A stretch of DNA of 64,000 nt from Flavobacteriia bacterium (GCA_037143015.1 JBAWZN010000006.1:2980-66979); one strand, 5' to 3'. Shown: positions 19,542-28,775, numbered from the stretch's first letter. A program made the numbers and translations. Notes: generated by a model from the letters alone, not told the origin.

Positions 19542-21263
19542 ATGGAAAAAAAATGGGTGTTTCATGCAGAAGTTGATGAGGAAAAAGTTCAGTTTTTAGC
19601 GGGAAAATTAAATGTTGAACCGTTTGTTGGTAGACTGTTAGTCCAGCGTGGACTAGAAACAGAGGCTGAAGCACGCGCGTTTTTTCGTCCTAGTTTAGAT
19701 GATTTGCATGATCCTTTTCTCATGAAGGATATGGATCGTGCGGTGAATCGAATCAATAACGCCATTAAAAAACAAGAGGGAATTCTGCTTTTTGGTGATT
19801 ACGATGTGGACGGAACGACAGCTGTTGCCCTGATGTACGAGCAATTGAAAAGGTTTCATTCCAATTTACATTATTACATTCCTGATCGGTACAAAGAAGG
19901 ATACGGCTTGAGCCAACAAGGAATTGATTACGCGCAATCAGAGAATTGTTCCTTGATTATTACCCTGGATTGCGGAATAAAGTCGAATCAGTTGGTAGAG
20001 GATGCAAAAAAACAAGGCATTGATTTCATTATTTGCGACCACCATCAACCAGGTGCAATATTACCCGATGGAATTGTACTCGATCCAAAAAGAATCGATT
20101 GCCCATATCCGTTTAAAGAACTTTCAGGTTGCGGTGTTGGATTTAAACTGATGCAGGCGCTGTATATTGATCATGGCTTTTCGTTGGATGATCTTTTTGA
20201 AAGTCTTGACTTACTTGCTCTAAGTATTGGCGCTGACATTGTCGATGTGACAGGCGAAAATCGTATTCTTTGTCACCATGGACTCATTCAATTGAATCAA
20301 CATCCGAGAAAAGCGTTTGAGGAATTATTAACCTTAGCGGGAAAAAAGCTCCCACTCAGTTTAACAGATGTCGTTTTTGTCATTGCACCTAGGGTAAATG
20401 CCGCGGGGAGAATCCGAAGTGGTAAAACAGCAGTGGATTGGATGTTGTCATCCAACGACCAAGAAATAAAACAGTTGGCGCAGGAAATTCACGATGACAA
20501 TACCTTGAGACGTACCATTGATCAGTCAATAACGGAAGAAGCACTCTTGCAAATTTCGAACGATAAGGATCATTCCAAGCACTGTACGAACCTCGTTTTT
20601 CAGCATGATTGGCACAAAGGAGTGGTGGGAATTGTTGCTTCACGCATCATTGAATCGCATTATCGTCCAACGATTGTGTTAACGGAATCAAATGGACAAT
20701 TAACGGGCTCTGCACGAAGCGTAGGATCGATTAACCTCTATGAGGTGCTGGAGTCCTGTAAGGAACACTTGACACAGTTTGGTGGACATCATTATGCAGC
20801 AGGATTAACGATGCCGAAAGAAAACTTAAATGCTTTTCGTTTAGCTTTTGATCAGGAAGTCAAACAACGATTAAATGGCGCGGCGTTGGAAGCCCTGCAG
20901 GTCATTGATTTAAACATTGAATTGAATGATATTCAAACGGTTTGGAATGGAAAGCTACCGCGAATCAAAAAGATTTTAGATGCCTTTGAACCATTTGGTC
21001 CTGGAAACATGAAGCCTGTTTTTTGTACAAAGGAATTGTATGCCACGGATGCACGCATTTTGAAGGAGAAACATTTGAAACTACGCGTCGTTCAAAAGGA
21101 TTCCAAACTGGCTTTTGACGCCATTGGATTTAATTTAGCAGAAAAGGAGGCATTCACGTTGAAAGGGATGTCCTTTGAAATGGCTTACACGCTTGAAACA
21201 AATGAATTCAATGGAAAAACGAATTTGCAATTCAATATGAAGGACATTCGTGCCATTGAATGA
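19542..21263 (+). CDS. recJ: Single-stranded-DNA-specific exonuclease RecJ
   Basis: DHH motifs (FGDYDVDGTT, ITLDCG, ICDHHQP) and DHHA1 (GGHHYAAG). Confidence 0.95.
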   Translation: MEKKWVFHAEVDEEKVQFLAGKLNVEPFVGRLLVQRGLETEAEARAFFRPSLDDLHDPFLMKDMDRAVNRINNAIKKQEGILLFGDYDVDGTTAVALMYEQLKRFHSNLHYYIPDRYKEGYGLSQQGIDYAQSENCSLIITLDCGIKSNQLVEDAKKQGIDFIICDHHQPGAILPDGIVLDPKRIDCPYPFKELSGCGVGFKLMQALYIDHGFSLDDLFESLDLLALSIGADIVDVTGENRILCHHGLIQLNQHPRKAFEELLTLAGKKLPLSLTDVVFVIAPRVNAAGRIRSGKTAVDWMLSSNDQEIKQLAQEIHDDNTLRRTIDQSITEEALLQISNDKDHSKHCTNLVFQHDWHKGVVGIVASRIIESHYRPTIVLTESNGQLTGSARSVGSINLYEVLESCKEHLTQFGGHHYAAGLTMPKENLNAFRLAFDQEVKQRLNGAALEALQVIDLNIELNDIQTVWNGKLPRIKKILDAFEPFGPGNMKPVFCTKELYATDARILKEKHLKLRVVQKDSKLAFDAIGFNLAEKEAFTLKGMSFEMAYTLETNEFNGKTNLQFNMKDIRAIE

Positions 21264-21288
21264 CGATTTTCACGTAAATTTGAAAACG

Positions 21289-21870
21289 ATGTTTACAGGA
21301 ATTATAGAAGAAATAGGATTGGTGACGGAGATTCGTCAAGATGGGGGAAATGTACATTTTACCATACAATCCAACTTAAGCAATGAATTGAAAATCGATC
21401 AGAGTGTTGCACACAATGGTTGTTGTTTAACGGTTGTCGGATTAAGTCCGGACCACCATGTTGTCACAGCGATTCACGAGACCTTGCAGAAAACAAATCT
21501 CGGTCGTTGGACAGTTGGGTCAAAAATCAATTTGGAGCGCTGTATGAGCCTAAATGGACGCCTCGATGGACACATCGTTCAAGGACATGTGGATGGATTA
21601 GCACGTTGCGTTGAAATCACGGATGAAAATGGCAGCTGGCGTTATCGTTTTGACTATCAATCGGAATTCGTTACTGTTGAAAAAGGTTCCATTACGATCA
21701 ATGGCACAAGTTTAACGGTCGTTGATTCGGAGGATCAATCATTTGCGGTCTGCATAATTCCATATACATACGAGCACACCAATTTCCACACCTTAGCTGT
21801 AGGCGATGAGGTTAACTTGGAATTCGATATTATTGGAAAATACGTTGCTCGTTTGATGAGCAAGGGATAA
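21289..21870 (+). CDS. ribE: Riboflavin synthase
   Basis: MFTGIIEEIG start and two lumazine-binding repeats (NGCCLTV; NGTSLTV). ATG at 21289 is preferred over the upstream in-frame start that overlaps recJ. Confidence 0.9.
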   Translation: MFTGIIEEIGLVTEIRQDGGNVHFTIQSNLSNELKIDQSVAHNGCCLTVVGLSPDHHVVTAIHETLQKTNLGRWTVGSKINLERCMSLNGRLDGHIVQGHVDGLARCVEITDENGSWRYRFDYQSEFVTVEKGSITINGTSLTVVDSEDQSFAVCIIPYTYEHTNFHTLAVGDEVNLEFDIIGKYVARLMSKG

Positions 21871-21907
21871 ATTTCATCTATTGAGTTAAAAGGAATTGAA
21901 ACAACAT

Positions 21908-22045
21908 AAAAAAGGCGGATGAGTAATCATCCGCCTTTCGTTTATGTTCAATGTTCTTATTTAATTCCTAACGCTGTTTTAGCTGTCGCATCGTTTGGAT
22001 CGATTTGCAAAATGATTTCGTAGAACGATTTCGTTTTAGCCAAAT
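21908..22045. repeat. Copy A of a 138-bp diverged direct repeat (terminator hairpin + 3' end of the TPR gene)
   Basis: Aligns colinearly with 22750-22887 at roughly 85 percent identity by hand count. The hairpin stems are identical and the loops differ (GTAA vs TCAC). Confidence 0.85.
21914..21943 (+). terminator. Bidirectional-looking intrinsic terminator after ribE (inside repeat copy A)
   Basis: GGCGGATGA-GTAA-TCATCCGCC (9-bp stem) followed by TTTCGTTT and preceded by A6. Confidence 0.7.
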
Positions 22046-22046
22046 G
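21957..22046 (-). pseudogene. Orphan C-terminal fragment (about 29 codons + stop) of the TPR protein gene
   Basis: The minus-strand translation ...LAKTKSFYEIILQIDPNDATAKTALGIK* parallels the true C-terminus of the 22799-24403 product, ...LAKAKSFYEIIYQIEPNDPTAKTALGIK*. No upstream coding continuation. Confidence 0.75.
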
Positions 22047-22076
22047 CTAGTTAGATATCAGTTCCAAAACTTCATT

Positions 22077-22601
22077 TTATAATTTCTCCAGCTTAACCCA
22101 ACCTTTGAGATTTTCATAAACAGCTGTTGGATTACCATTTCCGCCAGCTTGATACTTTACTCTTCCACCAACGCTTCCATTGCCAATAATTCCCCCATTT
22201 ATGGTGTCAAATTTCAAATTTGTGAATCGAATGGAATCGAAGTTATCACTATAATAAAATGCTAAAGTATTGAAGAAGACAAGTCCATTCATTCTGTTGT
22301 TAATATATTTCAAATCGCAATATTCCGGATAGTTAGCTGCATTAAAATTGGAATCTAAGCCATTAGAAGTAATCATATTAAAGGTGGAGTCTGTTATTTT
22401 AATTAACCTCGCGAAGTTACCCTCAATGTGCAAATACCCTCCGGCATTGGGACCATTAATGGTATCAATGGTTCCATCGTCAAGTGTAAATTTAATTCTG
22501 TAATCCCCTTCAATTGATAGGTTTTTTTCAAAAGAGGTTGTTTTACTTTTTGTACATGAAAAAAAAGTAAAAAGACTAAAAATCAAAATTAAATTTTTCA
22601 T
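22077..22601 (-). CDS. Hypothetical lipoprotein (cassette between the two repeat copies)
   Basis: MKNLILIFSLFTFFSC lipobox-type signal peptide from the ATG at 22601 (the ORF-track start at 22652 is upstream and in frame). Gly/Asn-rich beta-type sequence with no family recognised. The upstream region is very AT-rich. Confidence 0.5.
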   Translation of the reverse strand: MKNLILIFSLFTFFSCTKSKTTSFEKNLSIEGDYRIKFTLDDGTIDTINGPNAGGYLHIEGNFARLIKITDSTFNMITSNGLDSNFNAANYPEYCDLKYINNRMNGLVFFNTLAFYYSDNFDSIRFTNLKFDTINGGIIGNGSVGGRVKYQAGGNGNPTAVYENLKGWVKLEKL

Positions 22602-22747
22602 ATTATGGTTTTTTAAATTTTCTATTTCTTGTAGGTTGATTTTGTTGATCAATTAGATTATTCGTTGTAAAAGAAAAGTGAATATTTTATCTTGCTCATA
22701 ATTGAAGTAAATATATTAAAAATAAATTATTATGGAAAAAGTATAAC

Positions 22748-22777
22748 AAAAAAAAGGCGGATGATCACTCATCCGCC
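22748..22777 (-). terminator. Intrinsic terminator after the TPR gene
   Basis: GGCGGATGA-TCAC-TCATCCGCC hairpin at 22756-22777. On the minus strand it is followed by a T8 run (plus-strand A8). Confidence 0.7.
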
Positions 22778-22887
22778 TTTCGTTTATGTTCAATGTTCCT
22801 ATTTAATACCCAACGCTGTTTTCGCTGTTGGGTCGTTTGGCTCAATTTGATAAATGATTTCGTAAAAAGATTTTGCTTTCGCCAAAT
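22750..22887. repeat. Copy B of the 138-bp direct repeat (functional 3' end + terminator of the TPR gene)
   Basis: See copy A. This copy is contiguous with the intact 534-aa ORF. Confidence 0.85.
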
Positions 22888-24403
22888 CTTTCGCCGCTGA
22901 TTTCGCGTAATAGTCACACAAGTAACGACAAGCTTCTAATACCAATGGTTTATTAGATGGCAAACTTCTTTCCTCAGGCTTCACTAACTCAACGATTTTT
23001 TCATAGTAAGGCTGTGCTGCCCAACGCTCATTCGCTGAATCCAATTTGTAATTACAACGCGCTCTCCATAAGTACCCTGGAGTGTAGCTTGGAGATAAGA
23101 TAAGTACTCTTGCGAATGCTGAATCTGCCAATGCGTAATCTTTTGGACCATTATAAATTGCTTTTCCAAGTTCATATTCTTCCGCTGAAGTTAATGCAAC
23201 CAATTGCGAACGTTTCGTATAAAGTTCAATCGATTTGTCGAATTTTTTCGCTTTGAAGTACATTTTTGCCACTTCACTGGTCAATTCTTTTGCAGCAATT
23301 TCATTCACCGCAATCGCTTTCTCGTATTCAATTAAACCTAAGGAATCCATCCCTGCTTTCATGAGTAGCGCTCCTTTTGTTTTGTAGTCCATGTAGTTAA
23401 TCATGTTTGCTGGAACCAATGCGAAGAAACGAGCGGAAGCATCTAATCCATTTTTAACAGAAGTACTATCTGTGTTACATTCTAAGTAGGAGAATGCCAA
23501 CATACGCTCTGTGTAAAAATTAGAGAAGTTCATAGCGTTTAACGTATTCACCTCTGTGATTGCTTCACAGTATTCTTTTGCATTGAAAAGAGCAGTAGTA
23601 TACAAGTAACGCGCTTCCAAATTGTTATTGAGTTTCAAGTATTTTTGCCAATCTTCAATTGCCGCTTTTTTCTTTCCGAAACGCATGTTTAACTCAGCAT
23701 TCGCACGGTAAGCAGGAGCATAAGTAGAGTCAATAAGTTTCGCTTCTTTGTATTTTTGATTCGCTAATTCTTGGTTTTGTGCAGCGCGGTAAATATTTGC
23801 TACTCGCACCACACCACGCGGAGATTTTGGATTGATATCCAAAACAGCCAAATAAGATTTGATTGCTAAACTAGCGTTATCTGGTGTTTTTGCATAAAGT
23901 GCATCACCTTTCAACAATAGGTTGTCCTCGTTTTTAGGATCCTTAATGATTGCTTCTTCTAAAAGTAACAAGGCTTGATCGTAATCTTTCACGTCAGACT
24001 TAATGAAAATTTTCGCCATTCCACGAATTACTTCTGCACGTTTCAATTTGTCTTTCTTTGTCAAGGCAAGTGCTTTGTCGAACTCTACTTTAGCTTCTGT
24101 TTTTTTTCCATCGATCCAAAGTACGCGTCCTGCAGCTACAAATGGCAATGCGCGAAGTTTATCCACTTCAAAACTTTTGTTCCACATGATTTTCGCAGAA
24201 TCAACCAGTCCTTTGTCAAAATAACAGTCACCGTAGTAAAAGTATAGTTCACCATTCATTGGATCAGCTTTCACCAATGCAGAAAAATCTTTAATTGCAT
24301 CAGCATAGCGCTCGTTATCCGTTTTGTAAATGGCATCTTTCAAGGTTTGACCAAAAGTTAAACTACTCAAAAATGCTGCTCCGATTAAAAATAAGGTTTT
24401 CAT
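22799..24403 (-). CDS. Tetratricopeptide-repeat protein (secreted)
   Basis: 534 aa with a signal peptide and many TPR-like helix pairs (GELYFYYGDCYFDKG, AIKSYLAVLDINPKSP). A candidate -7 box TAATTTTG lies at 24439-24446 on the minus strand. Confidence 0.75.
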   Translation of the reverse strand: MKTLFLIGAAFLSSLTFGQTLKDAIYKTDNERYADAIKDFSALVKADPMNGELYFYYGDCYFDKGLVDSAKIMWNKSFEVDKLRALPFVAAGRVLWIDGKKTEAKVEFDKALALTKKDKLKRAEVIRGMAKIFIKSDVKDYDQALLLLEEAIIKDPKNEDNLLLKGDALYAKTPDNASLAIKSYLAVLDINPKSPRGVVRVANIYRAAQNQELANQKYKEAKLIDSTYAPAYRANAELNMRFGKKKAAIEDWQKYLKLNNNLEARYLYTTALFNAKEYCEAITEVNTLNAMNFSNFYTERMLAFSYLECNTDSTSVKNGLDASARFFALVPANMINYMDYKTKGALLMKAGMDSLGLIEYEKAIAVNEIAAKELTSEVAKMYFKAKKFDKSIELYTKRSQLVALTSAEEYELGKAIYNGPKDYALADSAFARVLILSPSYTPGYLWRARCNYKLDSANERWAAQPYYEKIVELVKPEERSLPSNKPLVLEACRYLCDYYAKSAAKDLAKAKSFYEIIYQIEPNDPTAKTALGIK

Positions 24404-24499
24404 TTTGTTTGTTTTTTAATGCTAATCAATTTGCTTGCCAAAATTAACTTTGTTTTATGGTTTGACAAAAAAAAAGCTGTGATTAATGATATAGATTTA

Positions 24500-25420
24500 T
24501 TATTTCGGACTGATTTGAATGAGTCGAACCGGATTATTGGCCGGCACTAATTCGGATTTATGAATGATGATTTGTCCTTTTTCGCCCATCATAAAGTTAA
24601 CGAATCCAGAATTTAATCCGGATCGACTGCCTTTGTTAATCATCCATACATCGCGAATGAGGGGGTATTCTTTTGTATAAATGACACCGTTTATCGGTTT
24701 GAAGGATTCACTTTCCTCGGTGAGTTTCACTTCCATGACACGAATACCTTCCAAAAAGTTCAATACTTCAAAATCTTCTTGGTTGGAAATCCAATTTAAT
24801 CCAATGACACCAATGGCATTTTTATTCTTTTTTACATAATTAATGACTTCTTCATTCGATTTTGCAGCGAACACATTCGTTGCCAATTTTTTCGTTTGCA
24901 GCATGTCGGTGATGTAGTTGAAGTTCGCCGAGTTCATTTGGTCAAACACCACTGAAATGGATTGTTTGGATGTAGGCCAAACACTCGTTTTATCGGTTAA
25001 AAATTTTCTTAACCTGGCAATGCTAATGGTGGTATCCGTATTTTCAGGATTGACGATTAAAGCGACAGCGTCTAGTGCGATGCGGTCACTGCTCACTTCT
25101 ACGTTTTTACTTTTGAGGTATTTTTTTTCTGCTTTAGTGAAATCACGTGTGATGGTAATTGTTTTTACCTGTCCATCAAAAAAAGCTTGAATAATTTTAC
25201 CTTCCGGAAGATATTTCGCAGTGACATCAGCTTTTGGATTCAAACTTTCAAATGTGGAAATCGACGTTTCAAAAAGCGGTTTAAAGGACTCCTCCACATA
25301 TACAACTGCTTTTCCGCGTTGATGCGTTTCTTTAACATAGGCTAAAGGATTCTGAGGGGAGTCACAGGAAACAAGTGTTCCAAAAATTACTATTGAAAGA
25401 AAAAAAAGTTGTCTGTTCAT
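24500..25420 (-). CDS. PstS-like periplasmic-binding-protein-fold protein
   Basis: 306 aa, lipoprotein-like signal (VSC), type-2 PBP-like alternating pattern. It occupies the conserved position downstream of exbBDD-tonB in Bacteroidota. Confidence 0.6.
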   Translation of the reverse strand: MNRQLFFLSIVIFGTLVSCDSPQNPLAYVKETHQRGKAVVYVEESFKPLFETSISTFESLNPKADVTAKYLPEGKIIQAFFDGQVKTITITRDFTKAEKKYLKSKNVEVSSDRIALDAVALIVNPENTDTTISIARLRKFLTDKTSVWPTSKQSISVVFDQMNSANFNYITDMLQTKKLATNVFAAKSNEEVINYVKKNKNAIGVIGLNWISNQEDFEVLNFLEGIRVMEVKLTEESESFKPINGVIYTKEYPLIRDVWMINKGSRSGLNSGFVNFMMGEKGQIIIHKSELVPANNPVRLIQISPK

Positions 25421-25632
25421 GAATCTTGGTTTTGGTGCTTATCTTTTTTGAAATCATTGTAAATACGCGAAAATCGATAGCTAGCGTAAAGAACGAGCAC
25501 GACAATCGTTGTGATTCTTTTCCAACCATTTAGGAATGGTAAGATATCATTTAAAGCGAGCATTCCTGCAAATAAAACGGCCACGATTACAACGAGTCCA
25601 CCGGTAATACTTTGAATGATATTTGTTTTCAT
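25417..25632 (-). CDS. Small two-TM membrane protein
   Basis: About 71 aa from the ATG at 25632 with two hydrophobic helices. ATGA overlap with the downstream PBP-like gene. Confidence 0.4.
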   Translation of the reverse strand: MKTNIIQSITGGLVVIVAVLFAGMLALNDILPFLNGWKRITTIVVLVLYASYRFSRIYNDFKKDKHQNQDS

Positions 25633-25638
25633 ATTGAC

Positions 25639-25673
25639 AAAAAAAATCCCCAATCGAAAATTCTATTGGGGAT
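25639..25673 (-). terminator. Intrinsic terminator immediately after tonB (intra-cluster)
   Basis: ATCCCCAAT-N10-ATTGGGGAT (9-bp stem) followed on the minus strand by T8. It ends about 6 nt before the next ATG. Confidence 0.65.
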
Positions 25674-25692
25674 CTATAAATTAGGATTAATG

Positions 25693-26559
25693 CTATTGAG
25701 ATTCGAACTTAATCGGTAGTCGAACATACGTACGAACTTCACGGCCTGCATTCGATGCTGCTTTCCATTTCGGCATTTTCGATATGACACGTAGTGCTTC
25801 TTTATCACAAGCAGGACACTCATCTAATTTTGTTTCCACAACAGCGTTAGATACTGTTCCGTCCTTTTCCACAACAAAGCGAACAATGACACGTCCATTT
25901 ACGCCTAGTTCGGCTGCTTCCGCTGGAGGACGAATATTGTCATTGATAAATTCGTTTAATTTATCGTATCCACCATTAAATTCTGCTTCAACTTCTACCC
26001 ACGTTTCGATAGGTTCAACAACCGTTTGCGTAAGTGCTGGTCCACCAGTTGGTTCGTTCGTTGGCAATTCCCAACCTTCGTCACCACCTTCAATATTTTG
26101 ATCACCTGCACGGGTATTTTCTAATTCTGCTTGCGTTGGCAAAACGTCTGTTACAACATCATCCTCAATCACTGGCGGCAAGAAAGCCGTCATTTGCTCC
26201 AATTGTGGAGGTGGGGGAGGAGGAGGTGTTACCGGCGGCGGAACTTCATCTGCGGGCGGTTGTAACGTTAAGTTTTTACTGTTTTCCTTTGGAAGTTCAA
26301 TTTCTTCTTTCGGCAATCGTTTGATGAGTTCAGAAATTCCAAACGACAACGCTGCAAGAAGAACTAATCCAGCCATGATCATGACCATGCGCTTGTTGTA
26401 GCTGCTTCTTAGAACATAAGCTCCATAAGCTTTATTTCTGTGAGCAAAAACGACTTCATTTCTCGTGTTTGATGTTACTTGCTGCCATTTACGGGCAGTA
26501 AAATAGTCCAGGAGAGAAAATCCTGTAACTAAAGCAACGATGACATAGAGGACTTGCAT
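25693..26559 (-). CDS. tonB: Energy transducer TonB
   Basis: N-terminal TM anchor, Pro-rich spacer (PPVTPPPPPPPQ), C-terminal TonB domain (NGRVIVRFVVEKDGTVSN...YVRLPIKF). Confidence 0.85.
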   Translation of the reverse strand: MQVLYVIVALVTGFSLLDYFTARKWQQVTSNTRNEVVFAHRNKAYGAYVLRSSYNKRMVMIMAGLVLLAALSFGISELIKRLPKEEIELPKENSKNLTLQPPADEVPPPVTPPPPPPPQLEQMTAFLPPVIEDDVVTDVLPTQAELENTRAGDQNIEGGDEGWELPTNEPTGGPALTQTVVEPIETWVEVEAEFNGGYDKLNEFINDNIRPPAEAAELGVNGRVIVRFVVEKDGTVSNAVVETKLDECPACDKEALRVISKMPKWKAASNAGREVRTYVRLPIKFESQ

Positions 26560-26564
26560 ACGAA

Positions 26565-27212
26565 TTATTTTTTAAGTTTTTCTTTCATCAACTGCAGTTC
26601 TCCTGGTGTAATGTCAACTGGTGCAATTACGCCGATTTCTGCAATCTTTAACTCATCCACAAGATCAATGAAATTCTTACACAACGCTTCGTCATCTGTT
26701 TTGATCAGTACTTTCAGTGCTTCTCTCTCAACTCTGAGTCCGTCTAGCTTTTTAAGGTAAGTACTATCATTAAGTTGATTGCGTTTTAGTTTTTCATCAA
26801 GACCTTGCTTTTTAACTAAAACGTAATTATTTAACTTTCCTAACAGTTTTCTAATACCTTTTTCTCCAGTACCAAAATCAACCTCTTTTAATTCGGTTAT
26901 GGAACCATCTTTATCACGGTGATCTTTGTTGTAATATTCACCTTGGTAATAGAAAATACGGTCCTCTGAAAGTAAGAATGTAATCCCGTTATTCATTTTA
27001 GGACCTTTCTGTTCAGTCTTCGGATCTACCTTAGCTGGATATGCTAATGGTAACATTTTAGGTTTACTAAAAGTGGATGTAAGGACGAAAAACGTCAAGA
27101 GTAAGAAAGCCAAGTCAACCATGGGTGTCATGTCTACTCGAGTCGAGCTTTTCTTTGCTCTTTTCTTGCCTTTGCCGTGGCCACCGCCACCGCCTTCTGC
27201 GATTTCTGCCAT
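26565..27212 (-). CDS. exbD: Biopolymer transport protein ExbD/TolR
   Basis: VDMTPMVDLAFLLLTFFVL signature TM region. Confidence 0.85.
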   Translation of the reverse strand: MAEIAEGGGGGHGKGKKRAKKSSTRVDMTPMVDLAFLLLTFFVLTSTFSKPKMLPLAYPAKVDPKTEQKGPKMNNGITFLLSEDRIFYYQGEYYNKDHRDKDGSITELKEVDFGTGEKGIRKLLGKLNNYVLVKKQGLDEKLKRNQLNDSTYLKKLDGLRVEREALKVLIKTDDEALCKNFIDLVDELKIAEIGVIAPVDITPGELQLMKEKLKK

Positions 27213-27218
27213 GTCTGA

Positions 27219-27887
27219 TTAATTTATCGGAGCGAGCTCCGAAGAAGTTATGAAATTCAAGTTATTTAAGTTCAATTCCCTGAACACATTGATAACGTCT
27301 TCCGCTTTTTGGTATTTTGTTTTGGAGTCAACTCGTAAAATGAATTTCGGTTTGAAATCTTCCGGATCAGGACTTTCGCCTTTCAGTTTTGCTTCTTCAA
27401 ACGCTGTTTTAGCAGAGTTTAAAGCGGCAGATCCGGCGTAACTAATCCAGTCATATAATTCATTAGTTTTAGTTGAATCCACTTGAATACCTTTCGTTTG
27501 GAAGGTGATGCGGGCATCCGCACCTGTATCAATGTAAGAAGGTAATTCTTGCATAGTACAACCAAATGTTGACATGAACGTGAACTTTTCGATTTGCTCT
27601 TCAGAAAGGCTCATTTTATACTTACCCATTATGTTTGTAAGCATTTCACGTCTTGCTTCAGCTCCTGACAAGTTAAAGAACACACGTCCATCTTGGTCAA
27701 TAGTCACCATAATCACGTTTTCAGGAATAAATTTATCACTGATACTTGAAGGGGTATTAACCGTAACTGGTTCACTTGCGCGGAAAGAAGCGGCCAACAT
27801 AAAGAATGTAACAAGCAAGAATGCCAAGTCCACCATAGGCGTCATGTCTATAGAAGGAGAACTTTTAGGTATTTTTAATTTAGGCAT
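27219..27887 (-). CDS. exbD: Biopolymer transport protein ExbD/TolR (second copy)
   Basis: IDMTPMVDLAFLLVTFFML signature. Confidence 0.85.
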   Translation of the reverse strand: MPKLKIPKSSPSIDMTPMVDLAFLLVTFFMLAASFRASEPVTVNTPSSISDKFIPENVIMVTIDQDGRVFFNLSGAEARREMLTNIMGKYKMSLSEEQIEKFTFMSTFGCTMQELPSYIDTGADARITFQTKGIQVDSTKTNELYDWISYAGSAALNSAKTAFEEAKLKGESPDPEDFKPKFILRVDSKTKYQKAEDVINVFRELNLNNLNFITSSELAPIN

Positions 27888-27917
27888 TGCTTGTTCCTTT
27901 AAATGTTAGACCAACAA

Positions 27918-28721
27918 TTAATTTGTTGAGGAGAAGTCCTGAACAATTGTAAAGCTTGCTTCGTCGATGCTGTACGTCATTGTATCAATCTTCGTAGAGA
28001 AGAAGTTGTACAAGATGATCGCTAACGTTGACGCGGTAATACCGAATGCCGTGTTGATCAAGGCCTCAGAGATACCTGTTGCAAGAGCAGCTGTATCTGG
28101 CGAACCTTTAGACATCGCAGCAAATGAACGAATCATCCCTAGTACTGTTCCAATCAAACCAATTAAGGTTGCAACAGAAGCACTTGTAGAAAGAACGGCT
28201 AAGTTTTTAGAAAGCATTGGCAACTCTAAAGATGTAGCTTCTTCTAATTCCTTTTTCAAAGACTCTAATTTTTGTTCTTTCGTCAAGCTTGAATCACCGT
28301 TGATGTGCTCGTATTTCTCAAGTCCAGCACGTACAACATTAGCCAATGAACCTTTTTGTTTGTCACATTGTGCGATTGCTGCTTTGTAATCTTTTTTATC
28401 CATGTGACCTTTGATCGCCGCGATGAATTTGTCTGTATTTCCTTTACCATTTGCTAATAACAAAGTAACTAAACGCTCGATAGAGAAAATGATAATGATT
28501 AAGTTGATTGCAACTAGAATTGGTACGATGAATCCACCTTTGTAGATTACTCCGTATAGGTTGCCTTCCATTGGTTCACCTAAAGGATCGTTGTCAACGA
28601 AGTTACTTGGATCTCCAAAAACTTTACTGTAAATCAATGCTCCTGCTACTAATGCAATAGCAATAGCGAGAAACGAAACGATTGCTGAAAATCCTCCTGC
28701 CGTCTTTTTGTTTTTGTTCAT
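27918..28721 (-). CDS. exbB: MotA/TolQ/ExbB proton-channel protein
   Basis: 267 aa with three TM segments. The C-terminal LIGLIGTVLGMI...GISEALINTAFGI motif is typical of ExbB. Confidence 0.9.
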   Translation of the reverse strand: MNKNKKTAGGFSAIVSFLAIAIALVAGALIYSKVFGDPSNFVDNDPLGEPMEGNLYGVIYKGGFIVPILVAINLIIIIFSIERLVTLLLANGKGNTDKFIAAIKGHMDKKDYKAAIAQCDKQKGSLANVVRAGLEKYEHINGDSSLTKEQKLESLKKELEEATSLELPMLSKNLAVLSTSASVATLIGLIGTVLGMIRSFAAMSKGSPDTAALATGISEALINTAFGITASTLAIILYNFFSTKIDTMTYSIDEASFTIVQDFSSTN

Positions 28722-28767
28722 GATAAATAGATTTTAATGTTTCTAATTTTTTAAATTTTTCGAATGC

Positions 28768-28775
28768 CAAATATA
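28768..28775 (-). promoter_or_regulatory. Candidate -7 promoter box (TATATTTG) for exbB operon
   Basis: Plus-strand CAAATATA is TATATTTG on the minus strand, 47 nt upstream of the exbB ATG. Confidence 0.3.

Noticed and set aside
21200-21289. FMN riboswitch upstream of ribE
   Set aside because: ribE starts about 25 nt after the recJ stop (21289 vs 21263), so there is no leader long enough for a riboswitch.
25784-26324. Two plus-strand ORFs (105 and 96 aa) inside tonB
   Set aside because: They are antisense to a well-supported TonB gene, including its Pro-rich spacer, and carry no independent signals.
27967-28389. 140-aa plus-strand ORF inside exbB
   Set aside because: It is antisense to a gene with clear ExbB motifs, so it is an ORF-track artefact.
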